This document shows positions 25,140-40,420 of a stretch of DNA of 64,000 nt, in pieces (within the stretch, counting starts at the first letter, position 1; each line of letters starts with the position of its first letter). Source of the DNA: Chrysomallon squamiferum (lineage: Eukaryota; Animalia; Mollusca). The notes beneath the pieces were generated by a model, which ran no database searches, was not told the origin of the DNA, and saw nothing but the letters and a program-made list of their open reading frames with translations. Made by a program: the position numbers and the translations under genes. The DNA lies in assembly GCA_012295275.1 (NCBI GenBank), contig CM022666.1, forward strand, positions 5,332,001-5,396,000, read 5' to 3'.

Positions 25140-26915
25140 CTGCATTTTACTTCCTTTTCGATAACGAAATGATTTTTATATCACGTGTTAGAGACAGCTG
25201 CACTTTAGAAGATAATAATATTGTATTGAAAACAAAGAGAAAATTAAGTTTCCTATAAACTGGGATTTTTTCCGATGACGCGTTGTCCTTCGAATCACAT
25301 TTTGATTGGCTGTGAGAAAATATAACCTAATGGAGAGGATGACATGCTTAGAATCAAAACTGAAAACAAAATTAATACTTAAAACTTGCATAATGTTCAT
25401 AAATAAACAAGGTGCATTTATTGCTGGTTGTTACTGTTGTAGTTCTTGCTATTATTAATATTAACATTGCTGTTGTCATTCAGAGTTCATGTGGCAAAAA
25501 GCTAAAAATAACAACAATAAACAAAAAACAAACAATACAAATAAGTCACATACTATTAGCGCACGCACACACGCACACACACACACATACACACAGTGAT
25601 CTATTTAAGAATTTTGCCCTGAGTTGTTTTTATGATAGAAACTACGCCAGGTACCTGTGATCTACAAGCACAAACAGAAACATGGAAAGAAAAACGTAAC
25701 AACTGACTACTAAGCACAGGTATTTTATCATTTTTTTTATGAATCACTCTTCAACAGTCTAATCCGAAATAAATGAACAAAAATTTAATGCAGAATATCT
25801 GTATTATCTGATTTCAAATGCCCTATGCAGTATAACCGGTCGGGAAGCTTTTGCAGAGATGTTATCAGACAGCTATGCGGTGTTTTGGAGGAGTGTCAAG
25901 TTAATGTAATAATTGGTGGCTGACCAAGCGTTGCCGACCCCTGAACAGTAGTAACGTGAATAAAGCAGACAGAGAAATGAGATCACACGTTACCTGTACA
26001 TTTTTCAGCGACGTCATTGTAAGATGGGTTATTACAAACAGCCATTTATAAACACTGCACGGGTTGAACTACTTTTAAGTATTTGATATGAACATGGTTA
26101 TATACCAGAAATATTTAACTTACTGTCTATAAAGTATATAAATAATGCTTCATAAAATAAAACTTAAATCATGTCACTGACTGGTGTATAAGTGAAAAGT
26201 GAGTTGAAAAACATTCTCATTAATTTAACTTGATATTTAAAAAAGAAAAGAAGAAAAAGAAGAAAATTACAAATGCGGAAGAAATTTGTTTACATTTAAA
26301 GTAACTATCCAAGTAATACAAATTATGAACATGTGACCAGAGCTATCGCTGTAGTCTTTATGGAACAAAAATGACAGCAGCAAACAAAACTAATTATAAT
26401 GATGATGATGACGATGATAACTTTAATAGTAGTAGTAGTAGCAGCAGCAGCACTAATACAAATAGTAGCAGTAGTAGAAAGAATAATACTAGTAATCATG
26501 ATTATATAGTAATAAATATAGCAGTAGTAATAATGATGAAGATGATAGTGATAATAAAGTTAATGATAATTATGATAGCCACGATAATAAAATTAATAAT
26601 CATAATATTTATGATTCTGGAATGCTTCTAAAACGAAAAGTCTTATTGTGATAAAACAAAAAAATGCTTTAAATAGATTGTTTATTATGCAAATTGTACA
26701 TCAAATTTTAAATGTAACGTATATATATAAACATTTATTACTGTGATCATTTCAATGCATGAGTACATACTGTATAAAGAAAATCCTTTTTTACTGGAAA
26801 ATCCACTTAACTTGTATTATTCATTATAAACTAATAAGTGAACATTTAACTTTCATCAGTTAATTTATATAGAAAACCAGTAATATTTAAATATTTATTC
26901 ACTGAATACAGCAAA

Positions 26916-26920
<5 letters not shown>
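25140..26920. repeat. ~1.8-kb dispersed non-coding module M (other copies ~30460-32290, 36160-37935, 41620-43390, 55770-57500, 62970-63860; partial at 14350-14930, 53500-54470, 57900-58730)
   Basis: Shared collinear blocks such as gagacagctgcactttagaagataataatattgt, gtgatctatttaagaat, ctgaccaagcgttgc and catgtcactgactggtgtataagtgaaaagtgagttgaaaa. Boundaries approximate. Confidence 0.85.
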
Positions 26921-27012
<92 letters not shown>

Positions 27013-27687
27013 AATTATTTCTTCAATACTGAGCATCAAAAAGGGATGCTAGGAAGCAAGGCTGCTTTGATGTGGAGATTTAAAAAAAAAACGAAGTTAA
27101 TGTAATAATTGGTATCCAAGTTTTCAGATGACAGGCGGGACTAAATTCCTCGCCGAGCGCTGGACTACAGCGTCACTTCTGTTCAGGTGTTCGGTAAGAC
27201 CGATGTATAATAGTACTATCACGTGCCGGGATTTCCAGTAAGCAATTAGTGTGTCAAGGTCTGTGTACCCGTAGAGAAGGAACTCTTATCTGATGTAAAT
27301 TTAGTTTTCATGAGTCCGTGAGTACTCATATTAACAAGACTTAGAGCACGCGAAATATGACACTATTTGGGTGGTTTTGTAGTGATTTTATGCTGTGACC
27401 TAGAACAGACACTGACATGCGCAGTTCAGTCAATGACGCGCTCAAATGGAAGTAAACAGGTGGGAAATCCTAATATGTAAGGTTATTCATCTTCAAAGTC
27501 ATTTTACACACGCGTTCATACTGTTACAGATACTGAGTTAGAACTCGCAGTTAACTGTTGCATGACCTTATTCAGTGCAGAGTTCAGATGGAAACCAAAA
27601 CACATCAAGAAAACCACAACAAAATAAAAAATAATTAACAATAATAAACAAAAAATACAAAACAATACAAATAAGTCACATACTGTT

Positions 27688-27747
<60 letters not shown>

Positions 27748-27784
27748 TGTTATATACACGCAGAGACTCGTACACACATACAAA

Positions 27785-28006
27785 CAGGGTTCGCCCCCTC
27801 CTCAAGGCTCAAGTCCCCCTCACCCTTCCCACTTAGTTTATATAATATGAATGGTTATAACTTATGATCTAGTTGAAAGCACAAACATGGTTTTACAGTT
27901 ACATAATAATTTATTTATAAATCAAATGTGAAAATAGGAATTTATGTAACATAAACTGCCGCCATAGGCACTAGCCTAGAAAGCCTATATGGGAAATCCG
28001 GCCCTT
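27785..28006. mobile_element. Short hAT-type MITE (222 bp) in a TNF relic intron
   Basis: Perfect 8-bp TSD CATACAAA at 27777-27784 and 28007-28014; ends CAGGG... and ...AATCCGGCCCTT; absent from the homologous intron 2 of copy A (~6275-6320). Confidence 0.75.
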
Positions 28007-28140
28007 CATACAAATACATAATTAAAAAAACGTTTGTCCATGTGTGGCTATGTGTTTTTGTGTGAGTGTCGTTTTGTGTGTTTGTGTGTCTGTGTGTGTA
28101 AGTTTATGATTTGATTTTGTATATGTCTGTGCTAACTTGC

Positions 28141-28533
28141 CACTTTTCTCTACTTTTGTATGATTTTTAAACAGTTTCTGAAAAGAATATTAATAACCAT
28201 TTTAAATTTCGTCCATATTAAATTAATTATAAATTTATAAATATTTTTCAGCACAATGAATTTCTCCTTTTCATAATATTATATTATTAAATGTGTATGG
28301 ATCTTCCTTCACAGTTTAATTCATAAGGAAATCAACTTTTTAATATTTATATATAGAATTTAACCATTTCTAAATAAAACGTTCTTTTTTCTTTTTTCTT
28401 TTTTCTTCTGTATTTCTTTTTTTTTTTTCTTTTTTTTTTTCTTTTTTCTTGCATTTAATATATTCATGAGACTGATGAGTATCAAATTTAGTACCATAAG
28501 AGAAATGACAATAACTGAACTATTTGGTTTCAT
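28141..28533 (-). pseudogene. TNF relic: ATG plus transmembrane segment of exon 1 (rest deleted) and exon 2 (28177-28141) with GC donor
   Basis: MKPNSSVIVISLMVLNLILISLMNILN... matches the TM region of A-D and then runs into intron 1 sequence; exon 2 reads KLFKNHTKVEKS|gcaagt. Confidence 0.8.
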
Positions 28534-28655
28534 TTTACTTGACAGTCTGTTTCAAACAATAATACCAAAATAAAAAATCATACAAAAACACATACATAAA
28601 TAACATTCTTTCAAAAAATAAAAGTAAAATAATAAATTAAACCAAGAAAAAAACA

Positions 28656-28765
<110 letters not shown>

Positions 28766-28923
28766 CAAACTTGAATTAAACTTATACACAAACACGAAGA
28801 CACACATACCATCTCTAGTAATATAAACACAAATACATACACATACTGTTTAACTGCTTTCATTTTCATCACCTGTACCAACGTCTTGGATGTGTTAATC
28901 CAGGTACTTACTATAACATTAAC

Positions 28924-28967
<44 letters not shown>

Positions 28968-30050
28968 TTAGTATTAATAAAAATAATATTAATATTGACC
29001 AGTGTACAAAGAAAGTTCCAATGAGTTTATTTGTTCTGCATGAGAAACAAGTCGACTGTTGATCTATGAATCAGTTCTGAAATTTAAAAAAATATATATT
29101 CAGATACACTTTATATTCTAAACCACAGTATGTCAGTTTTATAATATCATACACTGAATACATTGTATTTGCTATACTGAATATTTAATATTATGTTCTT
29201 TGATTTGTAAATTACAGGATACATAGTGTATTGTAACGATCTTTAAGGTTACCGTACTGGAATAATACTGTATCACTTGGTACATAAATTACATGGTATC
29301 TACTGCACTCTATTAATCTTTAAGGTCTATGAATATATTCTGAAATTTAAAAAAAATATATATTCAGATACATTGTATATTCTACATCATAGTATGTCAG
29401 TTTTATAATATCATACACTGAATATATGGTATTTTTTATGCTGAATCTTTAATATTATATCCTTTGATTTATAAATTACATGGTATGTACTGTAATATTT
29501 TTGTATATTATATCCTTGGATATACCCATTAATGTACTCATTTATACTCTACACCACAGGACCTCATTTGTTTATAAAATAACACACAGAATACATATTA
29601 TTTGCAATACTGAATCTGTAATATTCTATCTTTGAAAATATAAATTACATGGTATGTACTGTATTTTATTATACATTATTTAATACTATATTCCTGGATA
29701 TATAAATTACATGCAATATTCTGCATTCTATTAATCTTTAATACTGGATACATAAATTACATGGTATGTACTGCAGTCTACTAATCTTTAATACTGGATA
29801 CATAAATTACATGGTATATACTGCAGTATATTAGTCTTTAACAGCGTATCTCTAGACGTATAAATTACATGGTATGTACTGTACTTATGTCTCCCTGTAA
29901 ATATAAACTACATGATATGTAATGTACTGGAATAATACTGTATTCTGAATTTTTCAATTATATTATTCTGCAACTTTTGTCTTATTTCCAGTTAAAATGT
30001 GTTTCACTATATATTCTCCAGCGTGCTCTAGTATCAGAAGTATGTTTAAT

Positions 30051-30170
30051 ATGGAAGTTATTTATAGCAATAAGGGTGGTATCAAAATCTGTTATGAAGG
30101 GTTCGTGTATGCTGCGGCAGAATTTCTTCGTGATATCGAGTGAAACATCAGCCTAAACCATCAACATTAA
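30051..30170 (+). mobile_element. Internally deleted Mutator-like (FLYWCH/MULE) transposase relic
   Basis: MEVIYSNKGGIKICYEGFVY resembles the start of a FLYWCH finger, joined directly to EFLRDIE*NISLNHQH*, which resembles the C-terminus of such transposases. Recognised by pattern only. Confidence 0.45.
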
Positions 30171-32835
30171 AATCAAAGAACTTTAACAAAATGTGTTTAA
30201 TCTATCTTTCATTGCTAGTATATTTCTTAATTAAAAATTGTGACTTCTTTTCGGGAATAATTATCATCTGCTGAGTGGTAGGTGTAACGGACTCTTGTTT
30301 ATCAGAAAGATCTGGCGACAGACGTCAAACTGCAAAGTCGGGAACACGTTGACAAATAACGTGAGTCACTTTTTCATAAAAGAACCGAGATATTTATTAT
30401 TATTTTTGTTTTGGTTAGGGTAACGGTCGCTGTCCACTGAACGCACTATTTAACTAGAAATATATATTGCCTTTTTACTTTCTTTTCGTTAACGAAATGA
30501 TATTTATATTATGTGTTAGAGACAGCTGCACTTTAAAAGATAATAATATTGTAATGAAAACAAACAGAAAATAAGTTTCCCATAAACTGTTGTTTTATTT
30601 CCGATGACCCGTTGTCCTTCAAATCACATTTTGATTGACTCTGAGAAAATATAACCTTATCGAGAGAATGAGATGCTTAGGATCAAAAATGAAATCAAAA
30701 TTAATAATTAAAAGTTGCACAATGTTCGTAAATAAACTACATGCATTTATTGCTGGTTGTTACTGTTGTAGTTCTTGTTATTATTAATATTAACATTGCT
30801 ATTGTCGTTCAGGGTTCAGGTGGAAAAAAGCTAAAAAACAACAACAATAAAAAACAATAATAAACAAAACAACAAACAATACAAATGTGAGATACTATTA
30901 GCCCCCCTCCACACACACATACGCACTCACACAGTCACACACACACACACACACACTCACATACGCACTCACACAGTCTCACACACACACACACACCGTG
31001 ATCTATTTAAGAATATTGCCCTGAGTTGTTTTTATGATAGAAACTACGCCAAGTACCTGTGATCTACAAGCAGGAACAGAAACATGGAAAGAAAAACGTA
31101 ACAACTGACTACTAATCTCAGATATGTTATTATTTTTTGTTTAATCACTCTTAACAGTCTAACCCTAAATAAATGAACAAAAAGTTAATAAGAATATCTG
31201 TATTATCTGATTTCAAACGCCCTGTGTAGTACAACAGGGCTCGGGAAGCTTATCGAGAGAGGTTATCAGACAGCTTATGCCGTGTTTTGGAGGGGTGTCA
31301 AGTTAATGTAATAATTGGTGTCTGACCAAGCGTTGCGACATCTGAACAGCAGCAGCGTGAATGAATCAGACAGAGAAATGAGATATCAATCATGTTACGT
31401 GTACATTTTTCAGCGACGTCATGGTAACACTGGACTTTACAAACAGCTGTTTATAAAAATTGCACGGAATGAACTACTTTAAATATGTGATCTGAACATG
31501 GTTATATAACAGCAATATTTAACTTACTGTTTATAAAGTATACAAATTATCCTTCATAAAATAAAAATTAAATCATGTCACTGACTGGTGTATAAGTGAA
31601 AAGTGAGTTGAAAAATAATCTCATTAATTTTAATTGATATTTCAAAAAGAAAAGACAGTGATAAATGCAGAACAAGGCATTCGTATTACATTTAAAGTAA
31701 CTATCCAAGTAATAAAAATTATGAACAGGTGACCAGAGGTATCGGTGTAGTCTTTATTTAACAACAATGTCAGCAACAAACAATACTAATGATTATGATG
31801 ATGATGATGATAAATTTAATAGTAGTAGCGGTAGCACTAATATAAATAGTAGGAGTAGTAGAAAGAATAATATTAGTAATCATGATTATATAGTAATAAT
31901 ATAGCAGTAGTAATAATGATGAAGATGATAGTGGTAGTAAAGTTAATGATAAATATGATAGTCATAATAAATCAGTAATGATGATGATGATGATAGACAT
32001 AATAAAATTAATAATCATAATATTTACGATTCTGAAATGCTTCTAAAAAGAAAATTCTTATTCTGAGAAAACAAAAAATGCTTTAAATAGATTGTTTATT
32101 ATGCAAATTGTACATCAAATTTTAAATGTAACGTATATATAAACATTTATTATTCTAATCATTTCAATGCATGAGTACATACTGTAAAAAGAAAATCCTT
32201 TTTAACTGGAACATCCACTTAACTTGTATTATTCATTATAAACCAATCAATGAACATTTAACTTTCAACTATCACTTGCTATAGAAAATCAACCATACAA
32301 GAACATTCACTGTACACTGAATATTAACTGTACTTGAGCATCCACTATGCAACGAATATCCAGTGTACATAGAACATCTATTGTAGAAGAATTCATTGTA
32401 AATAGAACATCTATTGTACAAGAATATCCATTGCACAATGTGAGTAAAACCTAAAATAATAGTAAATAAAACCTGAAGCAGAGTCCATCTTTTTGTGAAT
32501 GATGAGGATAGTCAGTGATTATTTTGTTAATAAAATTCTGGATGATGATGTAGACAATAAAATTATAAACGATGAGGTTGACACTGAATTTTTGAATGAG
32601 GATCTTGACAGTAAAATTCTGAATAATGATGATGACCATGACAACCTTTGTTCTTACTTATCAGAATATAATATTTTAAAGTTTTTTGATTAATTTCTTT
32701 TCATGTATCTTTCATTGTCTGATCCTCGCTGGTTTCAAAAATTATTCTTAGCCTGACAAAACTGGATCTGTTAAAAGATGAAAAGATGGAATAAGTTTAG
32801 TTCATATATATATATATATATATATATGAAAGAAA

Positions 32836-32911
<76 letters not shown>

Positions 32912-33307
32912 GTTTAATTCATTAATAATTAATAAGGATAAGTAATTAAATAATAGTAAATTAAATAAAACTGTACACAAAAAAATATTCATTAATTAAT
33001 TTAATAAATAAATAGTTTAACTAATAATGATAACAATAAAAGTAACTATAATGATCACAAACAAACAAATAAAATAACATTCTTTACAACTGAAATAAAG
33101 AGAAAATGAATATTCAAGAGACCATCTTAGACAGAAATAATTTACCTTCTTATGTAGATCCAGTAAATTAAGTAAAATATAAAACAGATAATTAAAATTT
33201 AAACAAATATAAGAAAACATTACTTGTTAGTGTTTTTAAGAATATTGAACACAATGAGTTATGTACAAGTATAATCTGAGTTCTCACATAAACACAACTA
33301 AGACAAA

Positions 33308-33507
33308 NNNNNNNNNNNNNNNNNNNNNNNNNNNNNNNNNNNNNNNNNNNNNNNNNNNNNNNNNNNNNNNNNNNNNNNNNNNNNNNNNNNNNNNNNNNNN
33401 NNNNNNNNNNNNNNNNNNNNNNNNNNNNNNNNNNNNNNNNNNNNNNNNNNNNNNNNNNNNNNNNNNNNNNNNNNNNNNNNNNNNNNNNNNNNNNNNNNNN
33501 NNNNNNN
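33308..33507. other. Assembly gap (200 N)
   Basis: Run of exactly 200 n. Confidence 1.
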
Positions 33508-34215
33508 CTAGAAATATCTGCCTGTGACAGAAGAATCTTCCACTTGTAAACGTTACTTGTATCATGACTGTTGATTCAGTGGTTGGAAAAAAAGTCACAA
33601 TTTTCATATAACAAAATATATGAATCTATAGAATTTATTGAATGAGGCATCATAGTCTACATGGGGTGATTTGTTGCTTACTGATTAGGTCCAATTAGGT
33701 TAGATTTCATGCTGTTCAGGGGTGGTGACTTGTTACACTTATTAATTAGGGCAGGATTAAACAAAGAGTTTTCTATATTGTGCAGGGTTGATACTTGGGT
33801 CCAGCTTACTGATTAGGATAGATTTAAACTAAGAGCTTCCTATTGTAAATAACTGATAAAATGTCTGATGTTAAAATGTGTTTCACTGTATATTCTCCAG
33901 CTTATTCTAGTATCAGAAGCATGTATATCTTTGCTCTTCTGTATTAATCCTTACGTGATTGTTTTAACTGATTACAATTATTCTATCCATCTATATGATT
34001 CTTTACTGCTATACTGAATAGAGTTTTAAAGGGGTCTTGTGTTTGTTGTGTTCTAGTGTACAATAAAGGGTGTATACATACATATATATGCTTTCTTATT
34101 AGATTATGCATGTGTTCATACTTTTGTTTAATAGATATTACCAGTGAAGGGATTTTTGTTTTTATGTTTGTCAGGCTTTGAATATTCACAGATCATTTTA
34201 GCTTATTATTCTTTA

Positions 34216-34292
34216 GTAATGAGGATATCAAAAAATTTGTGTTACTTCTTACATTGAGGTGTTGACTACCTGGAAATCCAGTGACACTGTAT
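34216..34292 (+). pseudogene. Second inverted TNF-domain exon fragment (with indels)
   Basis: Duplicate of 23199-23273 in the post-gap copy. Confidence 0.75.
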
Positions 34293-34604
34293 ATAAACAA
34301 ACACATACATTACATTTTATAAATATATAAAAATTGTTCAGTTAAATAAAAATGTTTATTGTTATCTCAACTCTATTCTGTTGTAGTTGAGCAGATTAGA
34401 TTCACCATCTGACGCTTAAAGCTATTATAATATAGATTATTATAATTAATTAATTAATTAATATTATTATTATTATTATTATTATTATTTTTTTTTTTTT
34501 TTTTTTTTTTATTCGTTCATTTAATATTGTTCTTGTTGTTGTTGTTGCTAGTTAGTTATTTTGGTCCATATAAAGAGAGACTATACATTTATTTCCATTA
34601 AATT

Positions 34605-34693
<89 letters not shown>

Positions 34694-35462
34694 GATCCAT
34701 ACCCAGACACACACACACATACATATTATTTAAAATATTTTGATACTCTAACACGATTCTTTTGACTAGTTACCAGAGTTTTGAAAAACAACATATTATG
34801 ACTATGTTAAACTGTTTTGTCCCTCTCAAGAAGATTTCCGAGAAGAAATAAATACTCATTTTATTCTTTGAACTGGCTATAAATAGATGTTACGTCAGCC
34901 GAATTACTAATAGACGGATTCACAAAGTTTGAATACATTATTATTATTAAATAAATTTGTTGCTGTTCTTACTTTTGTTGAAACTGAAAATGAACACAAA
35001 TATCTTTTAAGGTGAAATAAATAAATTAATTAAAAGAAAAAAGTAATAAAATGAAATGAAATAAAAAGAAATACAGTAAAATAAACTAATGAAAATAAAC
35101 AATCAAACAAATAATTAAATAAATAAATAAAGTTTATAGCAGATGTTCGATCAATTTATCCATAAACTTCTTCACCTTTACGCTCAATTCATCGATAAAT
35201 TATAAATATATAATAAAAAAATAATTTATTTCTTAAAATAAATGGTACAAACGGGTACAGTTCATATGTTTAATTCCGTTTTTTCATTCAGGGCACGCGC
35301 TAAAGTTTCCCTCAGCTGTGTTGATCAGTTGACACGCAGACGTCACACGTGCATGTGGTGTTCAGATTCTCTTCTCTTCTGCTTCCATTTAAACTTAACA
35401 CTTTTATAATTTACTTTTCCAATATGTCAAAACCAATTTGTGCTTGTGTCTCAGGCATTTAC

Positions 35463-35850
35463 CACTTTTTCAGCTTTTCTGTGACTTTGACTCAGTTTCT
35501 AAAAAATAATATTAATAACCAGTTTTGAAACTCGTCTATTACAATCAATTTTAAATTTATAAATATTTTTCAGCACAATTAATTTCTTCTTTTTCATAAT
35601 TTCACTATTATTAAACGCATATGGATGTTTTTCTTTTAATTTTGTTTGTAATGAACATCACTATTTAATATTTTATATAGAAGTTATCTGTTTCTATATA
35701 AAATTCTTTTTTCTTTGGTGGTTGTTGCATTTAATGTATTTATAAAACAGACGAGTATCGAGTTTAATATTGCATTTTCCTATAGATACAGTCTCAGTCA
35801 AACATGACAAAAATGTTATTAGTAATCAATAATACCAAGATAAAGACACA
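35463..35850 (-). pseudogene. Duplicate of the TNF relic at 24446-24830
   Basis: Near-identical sequence; exon 2 is one base shorter. Confidence 0.7.
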
Positions 35851-37935
35851 CACATAAATAACATTCTTTTCAAAAATAAAAGTAGAATAATAAATAAAAC
35901 ACACACACACATACACAAACACACACACACACATAAACACACACACACACAAGCAACACACTCACACACACACACAAACACAAAACACACAAACACACAC
36001 AAACACACACACACACACACAAAAACACACAGAAACAGAAACACACACAAACACACGCAGAAAAGCGCGCAACAGATACTATACAAACAACAGAATACTT
36101 TTTCAAACAATTAAAATAAGACTATAGGAAAATAATGACATATCTTGCAAAAATATATACTGCATTTTACTTCCTTTTCGTTAATGAAATGATTTTTATA
36201 TTACGTGTTAGAGACAGCTGCACTTTAGAAGATAATAATATTGTATTGAAAACAAACAGAAAATTAAGTTTCCCATAAACTGGGATTTTTTCCGATGACG
36301 CGTTGTCCTTCGAATCACATTTTGATTGGCTGTGAGAAAATATAACCTAATGGAGAGGATGACATGCTTAGAATCAAAACTGAAAACAAAATTAATACTT
36401 AAAACTTGCATAATGTTCATAAATAAACAAGGTGCATTTATTGCTGGTTGTTACTGTTGTAGTTCTTGCTATTATTAATATTAACATTGCTGTTGTCATT
36501 CAGAGTTCATGTGGCAAAAAGCTAAAAATAACAACAATAAACAAAAAACAAACAATACAAATAAGTCACATACTATTAGCGCACGCACACACGCACACAC
36601 ACACACATACACACAGTGATCTATTTAAGAATTTTGCCCTGAGTTGTTTTATGATAGAAACTACGCCAGGTACCTGTGGATCTACAAGCACAAACAGAAA
36701 CATGGAAAGAAAAACGTAACAACTGACTACTAAGCACAGGTATTTTATCATTTTTTTTATGAATCACTCTTCAACAGTCTAATCCGAAATAAATGAACAA
36801 AAATTTAATGCAGAATATCTGTATTATCTGATTTCAAATGCCCTATGCAGTATAACCGGTCGGGAAGCTTTTGCAGAGATGTTATCAGACAGCTATGCGG
36901 TGTTTTGGAGGAGTGTCAAGTTAATGTAATAATTGGTGTCTGACCAAGCGTTGCCGACCCCTGAACAGTAGTAGCGTGAATAAAGCAGACAGAGAAATGA
37001 GATCACACGTTACCTGTACATTTTTCAGCGACGTCATTGTAAGATGGGTTATTACAAACAGCCATTTATAAACACTGCACGGGTTGAACTACTTTTAAGT
37101 ATTTGATATGAACATGGTTATATACCAGAAATATTTAACTTACTGTCTATAAAGTATATAAATAATGCTTCATAAAAATAAAACTTAAATCATGTCACTG
37201 ACTGGTGTATAAGTGAAAGTGAGTTGAAAAACATTCTCATTAATTTAACTTGATATTTAAAAAGAAAAGAAGAAAAAGAAGAAAATTACAAATGCGGAAG
37301 AAATTTGTTTACATTTAAAGTAACTATCCAAGTAATACAAATTATGAACATGTGACCAGAGCTATCGCTGTAGTCTTTATGGAACAAAAATGACAGCAAC
37401 AAACAAAACTAATTATAATGATGATGATGACGATGATAACTTTAATAGTAGTAGTAGTAGCAGCAGCAGCACTAATACAAATAGTAGCAGTAGTAGAAAG
37501 AATAATACTAGTAATCATGATTATATAGTAATAAATATAGCAGTAGTAATAATGATGAAGATGATAGTGATAATAAAGTTAATGATAATTATGATAGCCA
37601 CGATAATAAAATTAATAATCATAATATTTATGATTCTGAAATGCTTCTAAAACGAAAAGTCTTATTGTGATAAAACAAAAAAATGCTTTAAATAGATTGC
37701 TTATTATGCAAATTGTACATCAAATTTTAAATGTAACGTATATATAAACATTTATTACTGTGATCATTTCAATGCATGAGTACATACTGTATAAAGAAAA
37801 TCCTTTTTTACTGGAAAATCCACTTAACTTGTATTATTCATTATAAACTAATAAGTGAACATTTAACTTTCATCAGTTAATTTATATAGAAAACCAGTAA
37901 TATTTAAATATTTATTCACTGAATACAGCAAACAT

Positions 37936-38028
<93 letters not shown>

Positions 38029-38701
38029 AATTATTTCTTCAATACTGAGCATCAAAAAGAGATGCTAGGAAGCAAGGCTGCTTTGATCTGGAGATTTAAA
38101 GAAAAAAGAAAGTTAATGTAATAATTGGTATCCAAGTTTTTCAGATGACAGGCGGGACTAAATTCCTCGCCGAGCATGGACTACAGCGTCACTTCTGTTC
38201 AGGTGTTCGGTAAGACCGATGTATAATAGTACTATCACGTGCCGGGATTTCCAGTAAGCAATTAGTGTGTCAAGGTCTGTGTACCCGTAGAGAAGGAACT
38301 CTTATCTGATGTAAATTTAGTTTTCATGAGTCCGTGAGTACTCATATTAACAAGACTTAGAGCACGCGAAATATGACACTATTTGGGTGGTTTTGTAGTG
38401 ATTTTATGCTGTGACCTAGAACAGACACTGACATGCGCAGTTCAGTCAATGACGCTCAAATGGAAGTAAACAGGTGGGAAATCCTAATATGTAAGGTTAT
38501 TCATCTTCAAAGTCATTTTACACACGCGTTCATACTGTTACAGATACTGAGTTAGAACTCGCAGTTAACTGTTGCATGACCTTATTCAGTGCAGAGTTCA
38601 GATGGAAACCAAAACACATCAAGAAAACCACAACAAAATAAAAAATAATTAACAATAATAAACAAAAAATACAAAACAATACAAATAAGTCACATACTGT
38701 T

Positions 38702-38756
<55 letters not shown>

Positions 38757-38797
38757 TACTGTTATATACACGCAGAGACTCGTACACACATACAAAA

Positions 38798-39018
38798 CAG
38801 GGTTCGCCCCCTCCTCAAGGCTCAAGTCCCCTCACCCTTCCCACTTAGTTTATATAATATGAATGGTTATAACTTATGATCTAGTTGAAAGCACAAACAT
38901 GGTTTTACAGTTACATAATAATTTATTTATAAATCAAATGTGAAAATAGGAATTTATGTAACATAAACTGCCGCCATAGGCACTAGCCTAGAAAGCCTAT
39001 ATGGGAAATCCGGCCCTT
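38798..39018. mobile_element. Second copy of the hAT-type MITE, carried by the 10.8-kb duplication
   Basis: Near-identical to 27785-28006 with the same flanks. Confidence 0.7.
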
Positions 39019-39152
39019 CATACAAATACATAATTAAAAAAACGTTTGTCCATGTGTGGCTATGTGTTTTTGTGTGAGTGTCGTTTTGTGTGTTTGTGTG
39101 TCTGTGTGTGTAAGTTTATGATTTGATTTTGTATATGTCTGTGCTAACTTGC

Positions 39153-39546
39153 CACTTTTCTCTACTTTTGTATGATTTTTAAACAGTTTCTGAAAAGAAT
39201 ATTAATAACCATTTTAAATTTCGTCCATATTAAATTAATTATAAATTTATAAATATTTTTCAGCACAATGAATTTCTCCTTTTCATAATATTATATTATT
39301 AAAATGTGTATGGATCTTCCTTCACAGTTTAATTCATAAGGAAATCAACTTTTTAATATTTATATATAGAATTTAACCATTTCTAAATAAAACGTTCTTT
39401 TTTCTTTTTTCTTTTTTCTTCTGTATTTCTTTTTTCTTTTTCTTTCTTTTTTTCTTTTTTCTTGCATTTAATATATTCATGAGACTGATGAGTATCAAAT
39501 TTAGTACCATAAGAGAAATGACAATAACTGAACTATTTGGTTTCAT
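39153..39546 (-). pseudogene. Duplicate of the TNF relic at 28141-28533
   Basis: Near-identical TM-only exon 1 and GC-donor exon 2. Confidence 0.7.
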
Positions 39547-39667
39547 TTTACTTGACAGTCTGTTTCAAACAATAATACCAAAATAAAAAAAAATCATACA
39601 AAACACATACATAAATAACATTCTTTCAAAAAATAAAAGTAAAATAATAAATTAAACCAAGAAAAAA

Positions 39668-39773
<106 letters not shown>

Positions 39774-39930
39774 AAACTTGAATTAAACTTATACACAAAC
39801 ACGAAGACACACATACCATCTCTAGTAATATAAACACAAATACATACACATACTGTTTAACTGCTTTCATTTTCATCACCTGTACCAACGTCTTGGATGT
39901 GTTAATCCAGGTACTTACTATAACATTAAC

Positions 39931-39974
<44 letters not shown>

Positions 39975-40420
39975 TTAGTATTAATAAAAATAATATTAAT
40001 ATTGACCAGTGTACAAAGAAAGTTCCAATGAGTTTATTTGTTCTGCATGAGAAACAAGTCGACTGTTGATCATTTCAGCTTGGAGGTCTATGAATCTGTT
40101 CTGAAATATAGAAAATTATATATTCAGATACACTGTATATTCTACATCACAGTATGTCAGTTTTATAATATCATACACTGAAGACATGGTATTTGCTATA
40201 CTGAATATTTAGTACTACATCCTTTGATTTGTAAATTACAGGATAGATACTGTATTGTAACTATCTTTAAGGTTACCGTACTGGAATACTACTGTATCAC
40301 TTGGTACATAAATTACATGATACGTACTATACCCTATTATTCTTTAATACTATATCCCTGGATATATAAATTACATGGTATGTACTGTATCTTATTATAT
40401 AGTATTTAATACTATCTTCC

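Noticed and set aside
26371-26631. Repeated ORF MTAANKTNYNDDDD... in module M
   Set aside because: Low-complexity triplet repeats, and the frame is broken in other module copies.
33261-33607. ORFs spanning the N run
   Set aside because: Artefacts of the assembly gap.
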